Part shown: positions 9,673-20,103 of the stretch, in pieces
How the letters are laid out: each line of letters opens with the position of its first letter
Position numbering within the stretch: position 1 is the stretch's first letter
Origin: Anaerolineae bacterium
Lineage (GTDB): Bacteria > Chloroflexota > Anaerolineae > UBA1429
Direction: 5' to 3'
Assembly: GCA_963675785.1 (NCBI GenBank)
Contig: OY776562.1
Coordinates: 768,001 to 832,000 of the forward strand
Length of the DNA: 64,000 nucleotides
Notes under the pieces: generated by a model
Seen by the model: only the letters and a program-made list of their open reading frames with translations
Told to the model about the DNA's origin: nothing
Databases searched by the model: none
Program-made: the position numbers and the translations under genes

Positions 9673-11688
9673 TCAGAGTACGCGGTAATGGTACAAGCAA
9701 TAGCTAAAAGGTTCTGGCAGGGCGAATATGCAGGTGCCCAGTGTGCCGGTCTCGCATTCAAAACTCTTGCCCTGTCCGATGATCGCATCGAGGTGCAGAT
9801 GCTGATTCGCCAAGCCCCACAGCGCCAACTGAGCCTTGTTCTGTGCATTGCTCTCGCGGTATACGGCGATATAGCCCTCGCCATCGCCCATGGATTGCAG
9901 GCCGGTCCAACTAAACCCGCTGGGTTCATCGCCGATGGGCAGAATATGCCCGGCGTGAATGCGCGCCATGTGTTGTCGGTAGGTTTTGATGGCCGGCGCA
10001 GCCTCAAATGCTTCCTCTGGCAGGCTGCTGGCCTCGAACCAGGCCAAGGGTTGGGCCATCACGGTTGCCGCAAAGGCGTATTCAAAGGGCACTTGCCCTG
10101 GTGCTAGGGTGTCGTCTGCGGCGTACTTGTCGCGGTTGCGCCACACGTTGAGAAACTCGAACTGCATGAATTGGGTGGGCACATAGCGCGAGAGCATCCA
10201 CAGGTTACGCAGGGTAGTGTGCGGGTAATAATTGGCCCAGTCGGTATAGCGGTTTTCCACAAACAGGTTGCCATAGCGCGTCAGGTAGTGGTAACCAAAA
10301 CGCCGTCGCGCCGTGCAATCCAGATTGAAAGAAACCTCTCCTGCAGTGGCCTCGGTTACGGTGTCCAACATTCGCCGAAAGTTGATGTCGGCCTGCTTGT
10401 CGGGGATGTCCACACCATCGATTTTGAAGGTACGAATGCCATACTCGCGATAAATGCGGATTAACTGCTCGGCATCTTGCTGCCAATGGGCGCAGCTATC
10501 GTCCATCGAGGGATTGAACCACAGGCACAACTCGATACCCTTGTCCACGGCATGTTGCCGCACGGGTTCTAGCCCCTCGGGGAAACGTTCGGGATGCGGT
10601 GCCCAATAATCGTCGCGCTCCCAAATGTTTTGCAGGCTGCCGCCGGTAAAAGCCGAGTTGCTCGTCTGCCCGCTCTGCCAGCCATCATCCAACTGGAAAT
10701 GGGTGACGCCCAGTCGTGCGCCGGCCTCTATTTCGGCATGGGCAAAAGACTCGCGGATGCGCGTATCCTGCCCACGGTCGCCCCAGGTGTTGAGCATGAT
10801 CATCTCATCACGATCGCCAGGGGCCGTGCGCTGCAGGCGCTGGTAACTGTGCAGGGCGTTCAACTGCGAGAGTTCATCGGCGGCAGAGATGCTCGTCACA
10901 AAGCCATAGCCACGAACCCAATCCTCGTCCAGATCGCCCGGTTCCAAGCCCAGGCCGGCCACCTCGATGAGGTTATGCCGGGCACTGAAATCGTACCCCG
11001 GCCAGGCCAGCTGCACGTCTGAGCAAGGGGCTTCTTTGAGGATGAACAACCCCAGGTCGCGTTGGACATCACTAATGAACAGCAAATTGCCATTGAGATG
11101 CGCTGGCGAGCGGTAGGGGAGAACGCTACGTTCGCTTACCAGATTGTTGCGCCGGTCGGTCACGTCGTAAAACTGGACGGCTTTGAGGCGCAGATGCCGC
11201 TCTGCTAAACAAAGGCGCTCCATCACGGGTGCTGGTCCTCCTTCGATAACCGCTGCCGTCCACGCTTCAATGTTCTCCAGCGAGGCGGGGTCGGCAGAGT
11301 CAGTCAGCCAACTTTTGGCACGAGCCACACCACGCAAATACAGATCACAGGCGATGGCCGGGCACCCCTCGTAGAGACGAAACATGCGCCGTACGCCCAA
11401 TTCGCCCAATTGGCAGGTTACGATGGCCTTTAAGTGGGCCGGGTGGGTGGAGGTAGCTTTTACCCAACAGCTCTCGAACTGACCCTCACTGGTGGTTTCC
11501 CAGCTTTCGCCGGGCAGCATCAAGTCGGGTTCGCTGCCCACCAGTTCCACGGTCAATCCCCGCGTTACGTCGCTCAAACTGCGGCTAATCAGGTTGCCTC
11601 TGTTCCACTGGTAGGTGCGTCTGATGCCGCCGGTATCTAGGATCAGCAAGTCATTCTCCAAGACAGCGTTGCAGTTTGTATTGGGCAT
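9673..11688 (-). CDS. Alpha-galactosidase-like glycoside hydrolase (GH36 / clan D)
   Basis: Motifs NTWGD, FQLDDGWQ, RFPEGL, LWFNP, FKIDG. Confidence 0.8.
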   Translation of the reverse strand: MPNTNCNAVLENDLLILDTGGIRRTYQWNRGNLISRSLSDVTRGLTVELVGSEPDLMLPGESWETTSEGQFESCWVKATSTHPAHLKAIVTCQLGELGVRRMFRLYEGCPAIACDLYLRGVARAKSWLTDSADPASLENIEAWTAAVIEGGPAPVMERLCLAERHLRLKAVQFYDVTDRRNNLVSERSVLPYRSPAHLNGNLLFISDVQRDLGLFILKEAPCSDVQLAWPGYDFSARHNLIEVAGLGLEPGDLDEDWVRGYGFVTSISAADELSQLNALHSYQRLQRTAPGDRDEMIMLNTWGDRGQDTRIRESFAHAEIEAGARLGVTHFQLDDGWQSGQTSNSAFTGGSLQNIWERDDYWAPHPERFPEGLEPVRQHAVDKGIELCLWFNPSMDDSCAHWQQDAEQLIRIYREYGIRTFKIDGVDIPDKQADINFRRMLDTVTEATAGEVSFNLDCTARRRFGYHYLTRYGNLFVENRYTDWANYYPHTTLRNLWMLSRYVPTQFMQFEFLNVWRNRDKYAADDTLAPGQVPFEYAFAATVMAQPLAWFEASSLPEEAFEAAPAIKTYRQHMARIHAGHILPIGDEPSGFSWTGLQSMGDGEGYIAVYRESNAQNKAQLALWGLANQHLHLDAIIGQGKSFECETGTLGTCIFALPEPFSYCLYHYRVL

Positions 11689-11706
11689 TTGTTCTCCCTC
11701 GCAAAG

Positions 11707-11734
11707 GGGGCCCTGCTATACAACAGGGCCCCTT
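11707..11734. terminator. Intercistronic hairpin between the sulfatase and GH36 genes
   Basis: GGGGCCCTG/CAGGGCCCC stem. Confidence 0.55.
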
Positions 11735-11741
11735 GTCTTGT

Positions 11742-13082
11742 TTACTCGGCCGGCACGATCTCTGGTGCGGCTTCGCCGGCTTTGGTCATCTGCTGCACGA
11801 GCTTCTCTGCTAGCTCGGCTCGCACGCCAATGTAAGCTGGGTCAGACACCAGGTTGTCGCGCTCGTTGGGATCGGCTTCTAGATCGTACAGGAATTGCTC
11901 GACATAACGATCGCTATCCGCATCCTGTGAGCCGCTCTTATCCGGCGCGTACACCGAGTACTTCCATTTCTTGGTGCGGATGGCCCGTCCCACCTGGCTC
12001 TCGCTGATCTGGATGAACACCTCTTCCGGCCAGTCCGCAGCGCTGCCGTCCACCAAGCCCTGTAGGGCGTTGCCCTGCATGGTGTCCAGCTTTTTCAGGC
12101 CGGCTGCAGCGGTAATGGTGGGGGGCAGGTCGATGAGGCTGATCAGATTATCGCTGATGACCTTGCCGCCCTCAAAGCCGGGGCCACAGGCGATGAGCGG
12201 TGTGCGCACACAACCGTCGTGGCAAGAGCGCTTGTATTCGTTGTTACGGGTGCGGAAATGCGAGCCGTGATCGCTGGTATAGATCACCACGGTGTTATCG
12301 GCCACGCCCATCTCTTCCAATGTTTCACGTATGCGGCCCACGTTGCGGTCCAGCGCGTTGCAGCAGCCCAGGTAATCGGGATAGTTGGCCCGCCAGTCGC
12401 CCTCGGTGCCTACCAGGTCGCCCGGCACCTCGTAATCGTTCCACTGCTCCCAGGAACCATGTGGTCCTTCGTAACAGTCATGATCGTTCTGGTGATGGGG
12501 CTCAATCCAGGAGACAAACAGGAAGAATGGCTTGTCCAGCGTACGGCTCTTTAGATAGTCGATCGTCCAGTCGCCGAGCACATCGGCGCGAAAGCGCCCC
12601 TCAGGAAATTCGACGCGGTTGCCGTCGCCATCGAACATGTGCCCGTCATAGCTGTGGGAGGTGAATTCTAACGTGTCGGAGGCCAACCAATAATCCTTAT
12701 AGCCGCCGCGGCGCTCGGGCGGTACGGGCAGCGTGCGGTAGTTATCCGGCCCATCTTTGGGACCGAAAGAAGCCAAGTGCCACTTGCCGATATAGCCCAC
12801 TTCATAGCCCACGTTGCTGAGCTGTTGAGCAATGGTTACTTCATCCAGAGGCAGCATGCGGTGGTTGGTAAAGACGCCCATCTCGGTGGCGTATTTGCCG
12901 GTTTGCAGACAGGCCCTGGCCGGGCCGCACACGGGCTGGCAGGTAAAGTTGTACTCAAAACGCACGCCATCCTCGGCCATCTTGTCCAAATTGGGCGTGA
13001 GGTTTAATGATTGACCATAGCAGCCGCAGGTATCCCATCGCTGTTGGTCGGAGAAAAGGAATACGATATTGGGTTTGGGCAT
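11742..13082 (-). CDS. Sulfatase (Cys-type, formylglycine-dependent)
   Basis: PNIVFLFSDQ, CGPAR (CxPxR), GKWHL, SDHG. Confidence 0.93.
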   Translation of the reverse strand: MPKPNIVFLFSDQQRWDTCGCYGQSLNLTPNLDKMAEDGVRFEYNFTCQPVCGPARACLQTGKYATEMGVFTNHRMLPLDEVTIAQQLSNVGYEVGYIGKWHLASFGPKDGPDNYRTLPVPPERRGGYKDYWLASDTLEFTSHSYDGHMFDGDGNRVEFPEGRFRADVLGDWTIDYLKSRTLDKPFFLFVSWIEPHHQNDHDCYEGPHGSWEQWNDYEVPGDLVGTEGDWRANYPDYLGCCNALDRNVGRIRETLEEMGVADNTVVIYTSDHGSHFRTRNNEYKRSCHDGCVRTPLIACGPGFEGGKVISDNLISLIDLPPTITAAAGLKKLDTMQGNALQGLVDGSAADWPEEVFIQISESQVGRAIRTKKWKYSVYAPDKSGSQDADSDRYVEQFLYDLEADPNERDNLVSDPAYIGVRAELAEKLVQQMTKAGEAAPEIVPAE

Positions 13083-13095
13083 GTCGTCCCTCCGT

Positions 13096-14064
13096 CTATT
13101 GGCCGGCTAGCAGGGCTTGGGCCAGAATTGTATCAGCGGCGTGCATGGTCTTGAACGCATCGCCAAAGTGGGATTGCGGCAAGGTGCGAGTGCGCAGGCA
13201 GTCCAGAAATTCGCGGTGTTTGGCCTGGAATCCCCCATAGATATACAGCTCGTCACTGCCCGCTACCTCACGGGTATCATACGTCATGCCTTGCGCATCA
13301 CCATCGGCGTAAAGCACACCCTGGCCCTCGTGTTCGGCCTCGGCGCAGATGCCGGGGGCGTGCATTTCTACGTCAAAGATGCGTCGTCCGCTGGACCAGC
13401 TATTGATCATGAACCCGGTAGCGCCGCTATCGAACTGAAAAGTGGCCGAGATGAAATTGATATCGGGCACTTTGATGCGTTTACAAATGCTGTGAATCTC
13501 GCTGATCTCTCCGCCGCACATCCAACGCAGCGTGTCGATGGCATGTACGCCGTCATCCATCATATGATCGCGTGCGTCGTAACGTGGGAGCATCTCGCAC
13601 TTGTAAAAGCGGCATACGGCGTGAATGATGGGGCCGCGAGCCAGGCATTGATCATGGAGCTGCACAACCATGGGACAACTGCGCCGCTGAAAGCTCACCT
13701 GGGTGATGCAGCCGTGTTTTTCGGCGAGATCGGCCAATACCGCTGCCTGGTGCACGCTCAAGCCCAGCGGTTTCTCTACATACAGGTTCAAGCCCTGTTG
13801 CAGGCACCACAGCCAGATATCGTACATGATATGCGGTTGGCCGATGGCATATACTGCGTCGGGGGCCGTTTCTTCTACCATCTGGCGATAATCGCTGTAT
13901 TGCCCTGTGATGCCGTATTGCTGGGCCACGGCCGCCCGCCTGGTGGCGTTTAGTTCGCAGAGGGCGGCGATTTCCACGTCAGCGAACGAAGCCAGCGAGG
14001 GATAGTGTACTTTTTGGGCCATCTCTCCCGCGCCGATGATGGCCACACGCAGTTTGTCAGCCAT
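13096..14064 (-). CDS. Gfo/Idh/MocA family oxidoreductase
   Basis: IIGAG, VEKP, DDGVH. Confidence 0.9.
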   Translation of the reverse strand: MADKLRVAIIGAGEMAQKVHYPSLASFADVEIAALCELNATRRAAVAQQYGITGQYSDYRQMVEETAPDAVYAIGQPHIMYDIWLWCLQQGLNLYVEKPLGLSVHQAAVLADLAEKHGCITQVSFQRRSCPMVVQLHDQCLARGPIIHAVCRFYKCEMLPRYDARDHMMDDGVHAIDTLRWMCGGEISEIHSICKRIKVPDINFISATFQFDSGATGFMINSWSSGRRIFDVEMHAPGICAEAEHEGQGVLYADGDAQGMTYDTREVAGSDELYIYGGFQAKHREFLDCLRTRTLPQSHFGDAFKTMHAADTILAQALLAGQ

Positions 14065-14067
14065 TGC

Positions 14068-15195
14068 TTATTCTTGTTCCTTATCGGTGCATTCGGCTTT
14101 TGGGCAAGCGCCATCCGTCTTGTCCGCATGCCAGGTTTTGAATAGCTCGCGGTAAACGTCGGTATGTGCTTCGCAATCGAGATAGTGGCAAAAGTTTTGG
14201 AGCAGGCGAGGGTCGCTGGGGTCGGCATATGCTTTGGCAACAGTCGCAATATAGGTTGGCGCCACGCTGTCGCAGAATTCTCGCCAGCCTTCGACCCAGG
14301 TGCCGTCCTGCAAAGACTCGCTTCTCGACCAGAAACCGTCCATGATCGCCTTTCCAGACGCTTCATCGGCGAGATCGGCACCCGTATCGAACTGCACGGT
14401 TGGGATGAACCGGATATCGAGAGTGTCTGCGATGTCCAAGCCAACAACAAGTCCTTCAGACCAGGATTGTTGGTCGCGGTACTTGACGAAATGAAAGTTG
14501 CCAGTGCCATAGACGATGTGCCCGTCGTTGTAATGCTCATAGCAGCCAACAATGTGGCTGTGCTGACAAACGACGACGTCTGCACCCAGGTTGACCATGC
14601 CACGACAGGCCTTTAGGAGTCGTGGAGAGGGATAACGGCAGTGTTCTTTGCCGCCGTGGTAAACGACGATCACATAATCATTGTTCTTTTTGGCATTATA
14701 GATGTCGGTTAGGGAATCGAACGGATCAAAAGGCGTGGCGCCGGGCTGATCGGGCAGGGCGTAATTGTATTCATGCTCGGCTAAGGCTAGAATCGCAGTC
14801 TTTTTGCCATCGGCCTCGATGATCAGCGGCTTTCTGGAATCGATTTCGTTTTCACCAGCGCCAACCCAATGGACACCGGCGGCATCGAGGGCGGCGATGG
14901 TGGAGCGCATACCATTCACGCCAAAGTCCAGCATGTGGTTGTTGGCCAGGCCACAATCGGTAACACCCGCAGCCTTTAGGGTTTGAGCAGTAGCGATCGG
15001 TCCTTTGAGGTTTGGGCCGAACTTGTTGATTCGCTCCTCGCTGTCGGTGAGGGCGCATTCGAGGTTGCAGAACACACGGTCATAGGAGGCAAAGACGCCG
15101 AGAATCTTGCCAAAGAGACCGTCGATATCGCCGGAGGCGAAAAGCGGAGCACTGGCCTCGGTCGGGACGGTATCGCCGCAGAGCAAAAGTTTCAT
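14068..15195 (-). CDS. CapA/PGA_cap family metallophosphoesterase
   Basis: GD, NLE, LANNHMLDFG, HGGKE, QHSH, YGTGNF. Confidence 0.88.
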   Translation of the reverse strand: MKLLLCGDTVPTEASAPLFASGDIDGLFGKILGVFASYDRVFCNLECALTDSEERINKFGPNLKGPIATAQTLKAAGVTDCGLANNHMLDFGVNGMRSTIAALDAAGVHWVGAGENEIDSRKPLIIEADGKKTAILALAEHEYNYALPDQPGATPFDPFDSLTDIYNAKKNNDYVIVVYHGGKEHCRYPSPRLLKACRGMVNLGADVVVCQHSHIVGCYEHYNDGHIVYGTGNFHFVKYRDQQSWSEGLVVGLDIADTLDIRFIPTVQFDTGADLADEASGKAIMDGFWSRSESLQDGTWVEGWREFCDSVAPTYIATVAKAYADPSDPRLLQNFCHYLDCEAHTDVYRELFKTWHADKTDGACPKAECTDKEQE

Positions 15196-15261
15196 AGCTC
15201 TCCTCTGGCGTTGACTTTTTGGGTTATTTCACCCACGCCGATGATGGCCGCGCGCAGTTTA

Positions 15262-16062
15262 TCAGCCATCGGCTTCTCCCTCGGCAAAAAGCGCCTTGGC
15301 CACCGCCAAATCCTGGGCAATGAGCGTTTCTACTCGCTCCTCATCGCTGTATTCGGCGGTCAGGCAAACCACGCCGTCATAGTTGCGGCGTTTTAGCTCG
15401 GCAATGAACCGCGGCCAAGAGGCTAGCCCATGACGGGCGTCGGTCCAATAGGGCTTCCATGTGGCGAACTCGGCCTCGGGGCCTTGCTCAGGGCGCCAAT
15501 AGGCACTCTTGAGGTTGGCCATGCCCAGGCGCGGCCAGACGATATCCAGGGCCATCTCTGGCTCACAGCCGCACAGTGCCTGGTGCGAGGGATCGAGCAC
15601 GGCACAGTAGCAGGCGGCATCGAGCGGCAACAATAGATGATGCAGCCCCATGGCATTGGAGATATAGCGCCCAAAGTGGTTCTGCACGCCGATCTTGACG
15701 CCCATTTCCTTCAACAGCGGCTGCAGCGCCTTGTAGCTGTTTTGCAGGTCAGATACGGCGGCCATATACCCTTGCCCGGCCGGGATAGCGGCCATGGTGC
15801 GGATCATGGGTACGCCAGCCTCTGCACAGGCGCGAATAGTGGCCTCGTCGGTGTTGCCTGCCACGCTAAAGATGCTCACGCCGTATTTGGCAAAGGTCTC
15901 GGCAGCGGCGGGAAGGTCCTTGCGAATAGCCTGAGGCTCCACCTGAAAGCCGGGCCGCACCGGAAACTCGACGCCGTCAAAGCCGGTTTCATGCACAAAC
16001 TGGGCCAGCTCGTCTAAGGGCAATGTCTTCCATGGCTTGGTAAAGACCGAGTACTGGACCAT
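15262..16062 (-). CDS. Sugar phosphate isomerase/epimerase (xylose isomerase-like TIM barrel)
   Basis: GFDGVE, QNH, DPSH, C-terminal EYS metal-site motifs. Confidence 0.85.
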   Translation of the reverse strand: MVQYSVFTKPWKTLPLDELAQFVHETGFDGVEFPVRPGFQVEPQAIRKDLPAAAETFAKYGVSIFSVAGNTDEATIRACAEAGVPMIRTMAAIPAGQGYMAAVSDLQNSYKALQPLLKEMGVKIGVQNHFGRYISNAMGLHHLLLPLDAACYCAVLDPSHQALCGCEPEMALDIVWPRLGMANLKSAYWRPEQGPEAEFATWKPYWTDARHGLASWPRFIAELKRRNYDGVVCLTAEYSDEERVETLIAQDLAVAKALFAEGEADG

Positions 16063-16071
16063 GATGCTCTC

Positions 16072-17559
16072 CTATTCCTGGTCGAACTCAACCTTGTCGT
16101 CGGTGCGTTGTTGCCAACCACGAATGAGTTCGCGCATGGCGGCGATGCGCTCTTTGTGTTCGGGGCGTTTCACCAGATTGATGGTCTCTCCAGAGTCCAC
16201 AGCGATGTGATAGAGCTCGCTTTCACCGAGGGGGCTCCAATTGTACTTCCAACCGTCGGGGGTGATGACCGTACGCACCGGATCGCCCAGGGCGGCGATA
16301 ATCTCTTCTTCAGTGGCCATCTCTTTCCAGCAATCGAGCAAACTGGCCTGACCGACGATATCGCCAAAGCCGTTGTTCAGTCCGCTCCACTCGATAAAGA
16401 TGTTCTCTTCAGCAGGGGAGGCGCCTTGCAGCACCGGCAACAAGCTATTGCCCTGCATGGTATCGGGTATGGCTTGGCCCATGGCATCCAGCAGCGTGGG
16501 GATGACGTCGATCTGGCTGACCGGCGCTGCTACGTGTTTGCCACCGCTGGCCAACCCCGGAATGCGAATCATAAAGGGCACTTGTACGGCCTCTTGGAAC
16601 ATGGTGCACTTGGCCAGTAGCCGATGGCTGCCCATCATATCGCCGTGGTCGCTGGTGTAAACGATGATGGTGTTATCCATCAGCCCCTGCTTTTCCAGCT
16701 CTTGGAGAATGCGACCCATGTGGGTATCCACCAGGCTGTTCAGCCCCCAGTAATGAGCGATCATGCGCTTCCAGTCGGCTTCAGAACGTAGTGGCAGGCC
16801 GCTGTGTCCCTCCTCGTAATAAGCCTGACGGAACAGGCGCGTCTTGAGCGGGTTGGCTTCATCGAGGACATGGTAAAAGTTACGTGGTACTGGCATGTCT
16901 TCGGGCGGGTACTGGTCATCGCGACAAGAGAAAAAGGGCATGTGTGGCTCTAAAAAGTTCACCCACAGTGCAAAGGGCTGCTCGGCGTTATCGCGGATGA
17001 ACTGCGTGGCCTCGTTAGCGATATAGGCCGGTTTGCTAAAGGCTTCTGGCAATCGGGCAGACATGCCGCGGCTAAAGGTTTTGTGGCCACTGGCCGATTC
17101 GCGGTCAGGCTCAAACCCGGCATCGAGCAAAAAATCATGATAGGTCGAATGGGCTGACTTGTCGCGCTTGTCACTGTAATACTTGCCGTATTCGTCTTCA
17201 ACGCTGCGCCAGTCGTCAAAACCATGCTGACGGAATATTTCGTCACCCAAGTGCCATTTGCCGTAATAGGCGGTGCGGTATGCGCTCCAATCCGCCAATT
17301 CGGGGAAACAGGGCACCTCGTCGGGCAGGGCAACATTGTTCTCAGTGCAGCCGTTGGTATGGGGATACAATCCGGTGAGCAGCGTGGAGCGCGAGGGTGT
17401 GCAAACGGGCTGGGTCACATAGGTATTGTCAAAGATGACCGAGTCCTCGGCCAGTCGGTTCAGGTTAGGCATACGGATCTGTGTATTGCCATAGGCAGCT
17501 AGTGTAGCAGTAGCCTGTTCATCTGTGAAAAGAAAGAGCAAATTAGGTCTCGTGGCCAT
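16072..17559 (-). CDS. Sulfatase (Cys-type)
   Basis: PNLLFLFTDE, CTPSR, GKWHL, SDHGD; AGGAGG RBS before ATG 17559. Confidence 0.93.
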   Translation of the reverse strand: MATRPNLLFLFTDEQATATLAAYGNTQIRMPNLNRLAEDSVIFDNTYVTQPVCTPSRSTLLTGLYPHTNGCTENNVALPDEVPCFPELADWSAYRTAYYGKWHLGDEIFRQHGFDDWRSVEDEYGKYYSDKRDKSAHSTYHDFLLDAGFEPDRESASGHKTFSRGMSARLPEAFSKPAYIANEATQFIRDNAEQPFALWVNFLEPHMPFFSCRDDQYPPEDMPVPRNFYHVLDEANPLKTRLFRQAYYEEGHSGLPLRSEADWKRMIAHYWGLNSLVDTHMGRILQELEKQGLMDNTIIVYTSDHGDMMGSHRLLAKCTMFQEAVQVPFMIRIPGLASGGKHVAAPVSQIDVIPTLLDAMGQAIPDTMQGNSLLPVLQGASPAEENIFIEWSGLNNGFGDIVGQASLLDCWKEMATEEEIIAALGDPVRTVITPDGWKYNWSPLGESELYHIAVDSGETINLVKRPEHKERIAAMRELIRGWQQRTDDKVEFDQE

Positions 17560-17624
17560 ACAAAACAACCTCCTTATAGCGTTCATGCCGTCAGATTACC
17601 CGCACACGCTTTTTGTCGCAAGTG

Positions 17625-18548
17625 TCATTCAGGTAAATGCCGGGCAATTCTCTCAAACAAGGCAATAGATTGCTCCATCACATAGCGATCTCGCCAGGCA
17701 TAGGTCTCCTGGCTCTTGCGTGAGGCAGTTTGCATAGCTACACCCTGCATACGGATGCGTTCCTTGGCCGAAGAGGGATACTGATAGCCCACATAACTGT
17801 CGGCCACACTGAGCAGATTTTGCAGCGATTCCGCTTCTTGCGGGTGCGAAGCATAGTGGCTGCACAGCCAAACTAATAGTTTGGGGAACACGTTGGCGGC
17901 CGTGCCGCTATAGCCGCTGCCACCAGCGCGCAATGAGGCTAGCAGAGTGGCGGTGTGAGCATTGTAAAAGCCCAATCCGCTTCCCTCAATGGCTTCCAGC
18001 TTTTGCAGGATCGTTGGCAGATGAGCGCAGGTGTCTTTGGTAAAGACGAATCTGCCCGTGCTGGCTACCCATCCCAAAAGCTCTGGTGAGAGCAAGCGGT
18101 GGTAAGGCACAGGACATTCGTAAACGCCCAGACGCACGTCATTTGGCATGAGTGAGAGGTACTGTTCCATGGCAGCCTGCCATTGGCATTCGTCGGCCTC
18201 GGGCCCTACCAGTTGGTTGGCGATGACCACCACCGTATTGACACCCGTATCCGCCATGCACCGCGCAAACTCAGCCTGCTGGGTGATACTGCCTGCATAC
18301 ACTGCGCCAGCCGCGACGGGCACTCGTCCTCCTGAGGCCTTGACGACGGCATCGGCCAATTGCAGTCGCTCCTCGGGTGTTAGTTCGTACATCTCACTGG
18401 AGAGACACACGGTAAATAAACCCGCCACGCCCTGTTCGATGAACCACTCGGTCAACCGAGCGGCACCATCCAAATCGAGGCGTCCATCGTCATAAAAAGG
18501 GGTAACCATGGTGGGCCATACGCCCCGCCATGATGAGTCAATCTCCAT
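17625..18548 (-). CDS. Dihydrodipicolinate synthase/N-acetylneuraminate lyase family aldolase or dehydratase
   Basis: GVWPTMVTPF, SSEM, YECP, Schiff-base Lys in TKDT; GGAGG RBS before ATG 18548. Confidence 0.88.
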   Translation of the reverse strand: MEIDSSWRGVWPTMVTPFYDDGRLDLDGAARLTEWFIEQGVAGLFTVCLSSEMYELTPEERLQLADAVVKASGGRVPVAAGAVYAGSITQQAEFARCMADTGVNTVVVIANQLVGPEADECQWQAAMEQYLSLMPNDVRLGVYECPVPYHRLLSPELLGWVASTGRFVFTKDTCAHLPTILQKLEAIEGSGLGFYNAHTATLLASLRAGGSGYSGTAANVFPKLLVWLCSHYASHPQEAESLQNLLSVADSYVGYQYPSSAKERIRMQGVAMQTASRKSQETYAWRDRYVMEQSIALFERIARHLPE

Positions 18549-18660
18549 CGCGAACCCTCCATTGATGCGCTTGCCCGGCAGGGTGGCAGTGTATATCATG
18601 AGGATTGTTGGGTCAATGCGATCAGGCCCTTTGGGGTCGTCAGATAGGAGTTGATTCCTC

Positions 18661-19614
18661 ATGAAGATAGTTGTGCTTGATGGTTATGGCATGAATCCCG
18701 GCGATATGAGCTGGCAGGGTTTGCAAGACTTGGGCGATCTGACGGTGTACGATCGCACTGCTGCGCAGGATACCCTGGCGCGTTCGGCAGGCGCTAATAT
18801 TCTTTTAACGAACAAGACCGTGCTGACGCGCGAAATCATGGCGCAGTTGCCCAATCTCAAGCTCGTGAGTGTGTTGGCTACAGGCTATAACGTGGTAGAT
18901 GTTGTCGCCGCTCGCGAATTGGGCATTGATGTGTGCAACGTGCCGGCTTATAGCACGCAATCTGTCGCTCAAACCGTCTTTGCGCACGTGCTAAATCTCA
19001 CCCAGCATGTGGGGCATCATGCTGACACCGTGCGTGACGGCAAGTGGTGCACCAGCCCGGATTTCGTCTACTGGGATTACCCCCTCATCGAACTGGACAA
19101 CCTGACTATGGGCATCGTCGGCTTTGGTCGCATTGGCCAGGAGACGGCTAAATTGGCCCTCGCTTTTGGCATGAAGGTGCTGGCTGCCAATCGCTCCGAG
19201 GTCGTGAATCCACCCAAGGGCGTCACCATGGTCGATCTAGAGACGGTGTTCCGTGAGAGCGACATTATCAGCTTGCACACACCACTCACACCGCAAACCG
19301 AGGGCATGGTGAACAAGGCGTTGCTGGCTACCATGAAGCCGACGGCTTTTCTAATCAACACCAGTCGCGGCCCCGTCATTGTGGAACAGGACCTGGCCGA
19401 TGCCCTCAATGAAGGCGTTATCGCCGGTGCTGGTCTGGATGTGCTCTGCAAAGAGCCGGCGGATTCGGCCAATCCTCTGCTCGGGGCCCAAAATTGCTAT
19501 ATTACCCCACATGTGGCCTGGGCGACTACTGCAGCGCGTCGACGATTGATGGATGTGAGTATAGCCAACGTCAGGGCCTTTATTGCGGGTAACCCCATTA
19601 ATCTGGTGAACTAG
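18661..19614 (+). CDS. D-2-hydroxyacid dehydrogenase (glycerate dehydrogenase-like)
   Basis: GIVGFGRIG, INTSRG, LDVLCKEP, TPHVAW. Confidence 0.93.
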   Translation: MKIVVLDGYGMNPGDMSWQGLQDLGDLTVYDRTAAQDTLARSAGANILLTNKTVLTREIMAQLPNLKLVSVLATGYNVVDVVAARELGIDVCNVPAYSTQSVAQTVFAHVLNLTQHVGHHADTVRDGKWCTSPDFVYWDYPLIELDNLTMGIVGFGRIGQETAKLALAFGMKVLAANRSEVVNPPKGVTMVDLETVFRESDIISLHTPLTPQTEGMVNKALLATMKPTAFLINTSRGPVIVEQDLADALNEGVIAGAGLDVLCKEPADSANPLLGAQNCYITPHVAWATTAARRRLMDVSIANVRAFIAGNPINLVN

Positions 19615-19622
19615 TATCACAA

Positions 19623-19656
19623 AAAGGACCTGCTCCATTTTGGGAGCAGGTCCTTT
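19623..19656. terminator. Bidirectional intrinsic terminator
   Basis: 14-bp stem AAAGGACCTGCTCC/GGAGCAGGTCCTTT between convergent genes. Confidence 0.85.
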
Positions 19657-19679
19657 CTCTTTGCCTGGGCTTTAACGGT

Positions 19680-20054
19680 TCACCAGGGCAGCATACTTGT
19701 GAGGATGGCCGGATTGGCGATATACGCAATCAGCCAGATCGCCACTTCGACGCCCATGGCGAGACCAAAGCGCTTGAAAAGCTGCCCTACAGTCTTGCTC
19801 TTTTCAAGATAGTTGTTACCCCAGATCGACATGCCGAGCCATGCTGCACCAAAGATGATGGCTCCGAACTGGCGTGTGGTTACCAGACGGTATTTGTCAG
19901 TAACACTCTCAGTGGCTTCGCCAGATTGAATAGCTATGCCGATCACAGAGAATATGGTGTCGACTGGAATGAGAAGCGTAAAGGCACCGACTGAGGCAAA
20001 GACCCAGAGGAATGTTGCGAGTATGGACAACCATGTGTTCTTATCTTCTGACAT
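19680..20054 (-). CDS. Small hypothetical membrane protein (about 3 TM segments)
   Basis: Three hydrophobic stretches; GGAG RBS; directly downstream of the permease gene. Confidence 0.7.
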   Translation of the reverse strand: MSEDKNTWLSILATFLWVFASVGAFTLLIPVDTIFSVIGIAIQSGEATESVTDKYRLVTTRQFGAIIFGAAWLGMSIWGNNYLEKSKTVGQLFKRFGLAMGVEVAIWLIAYIANPAILTSMLPW

Positions 20055-20103
20055 ATCTCGATAACTCCTATTGATAGATTGGTTCAGGAATGAATCCTGT
20101 GTT

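Noticed and set aside
17625-18548. DapA as evidence for a DAP lysine pathway
   Set aside because: It has SSE in place of the DapA GTTGE motif and lies in a sugar-catabolic cluster; lysine synthesis here is by the LysW route.
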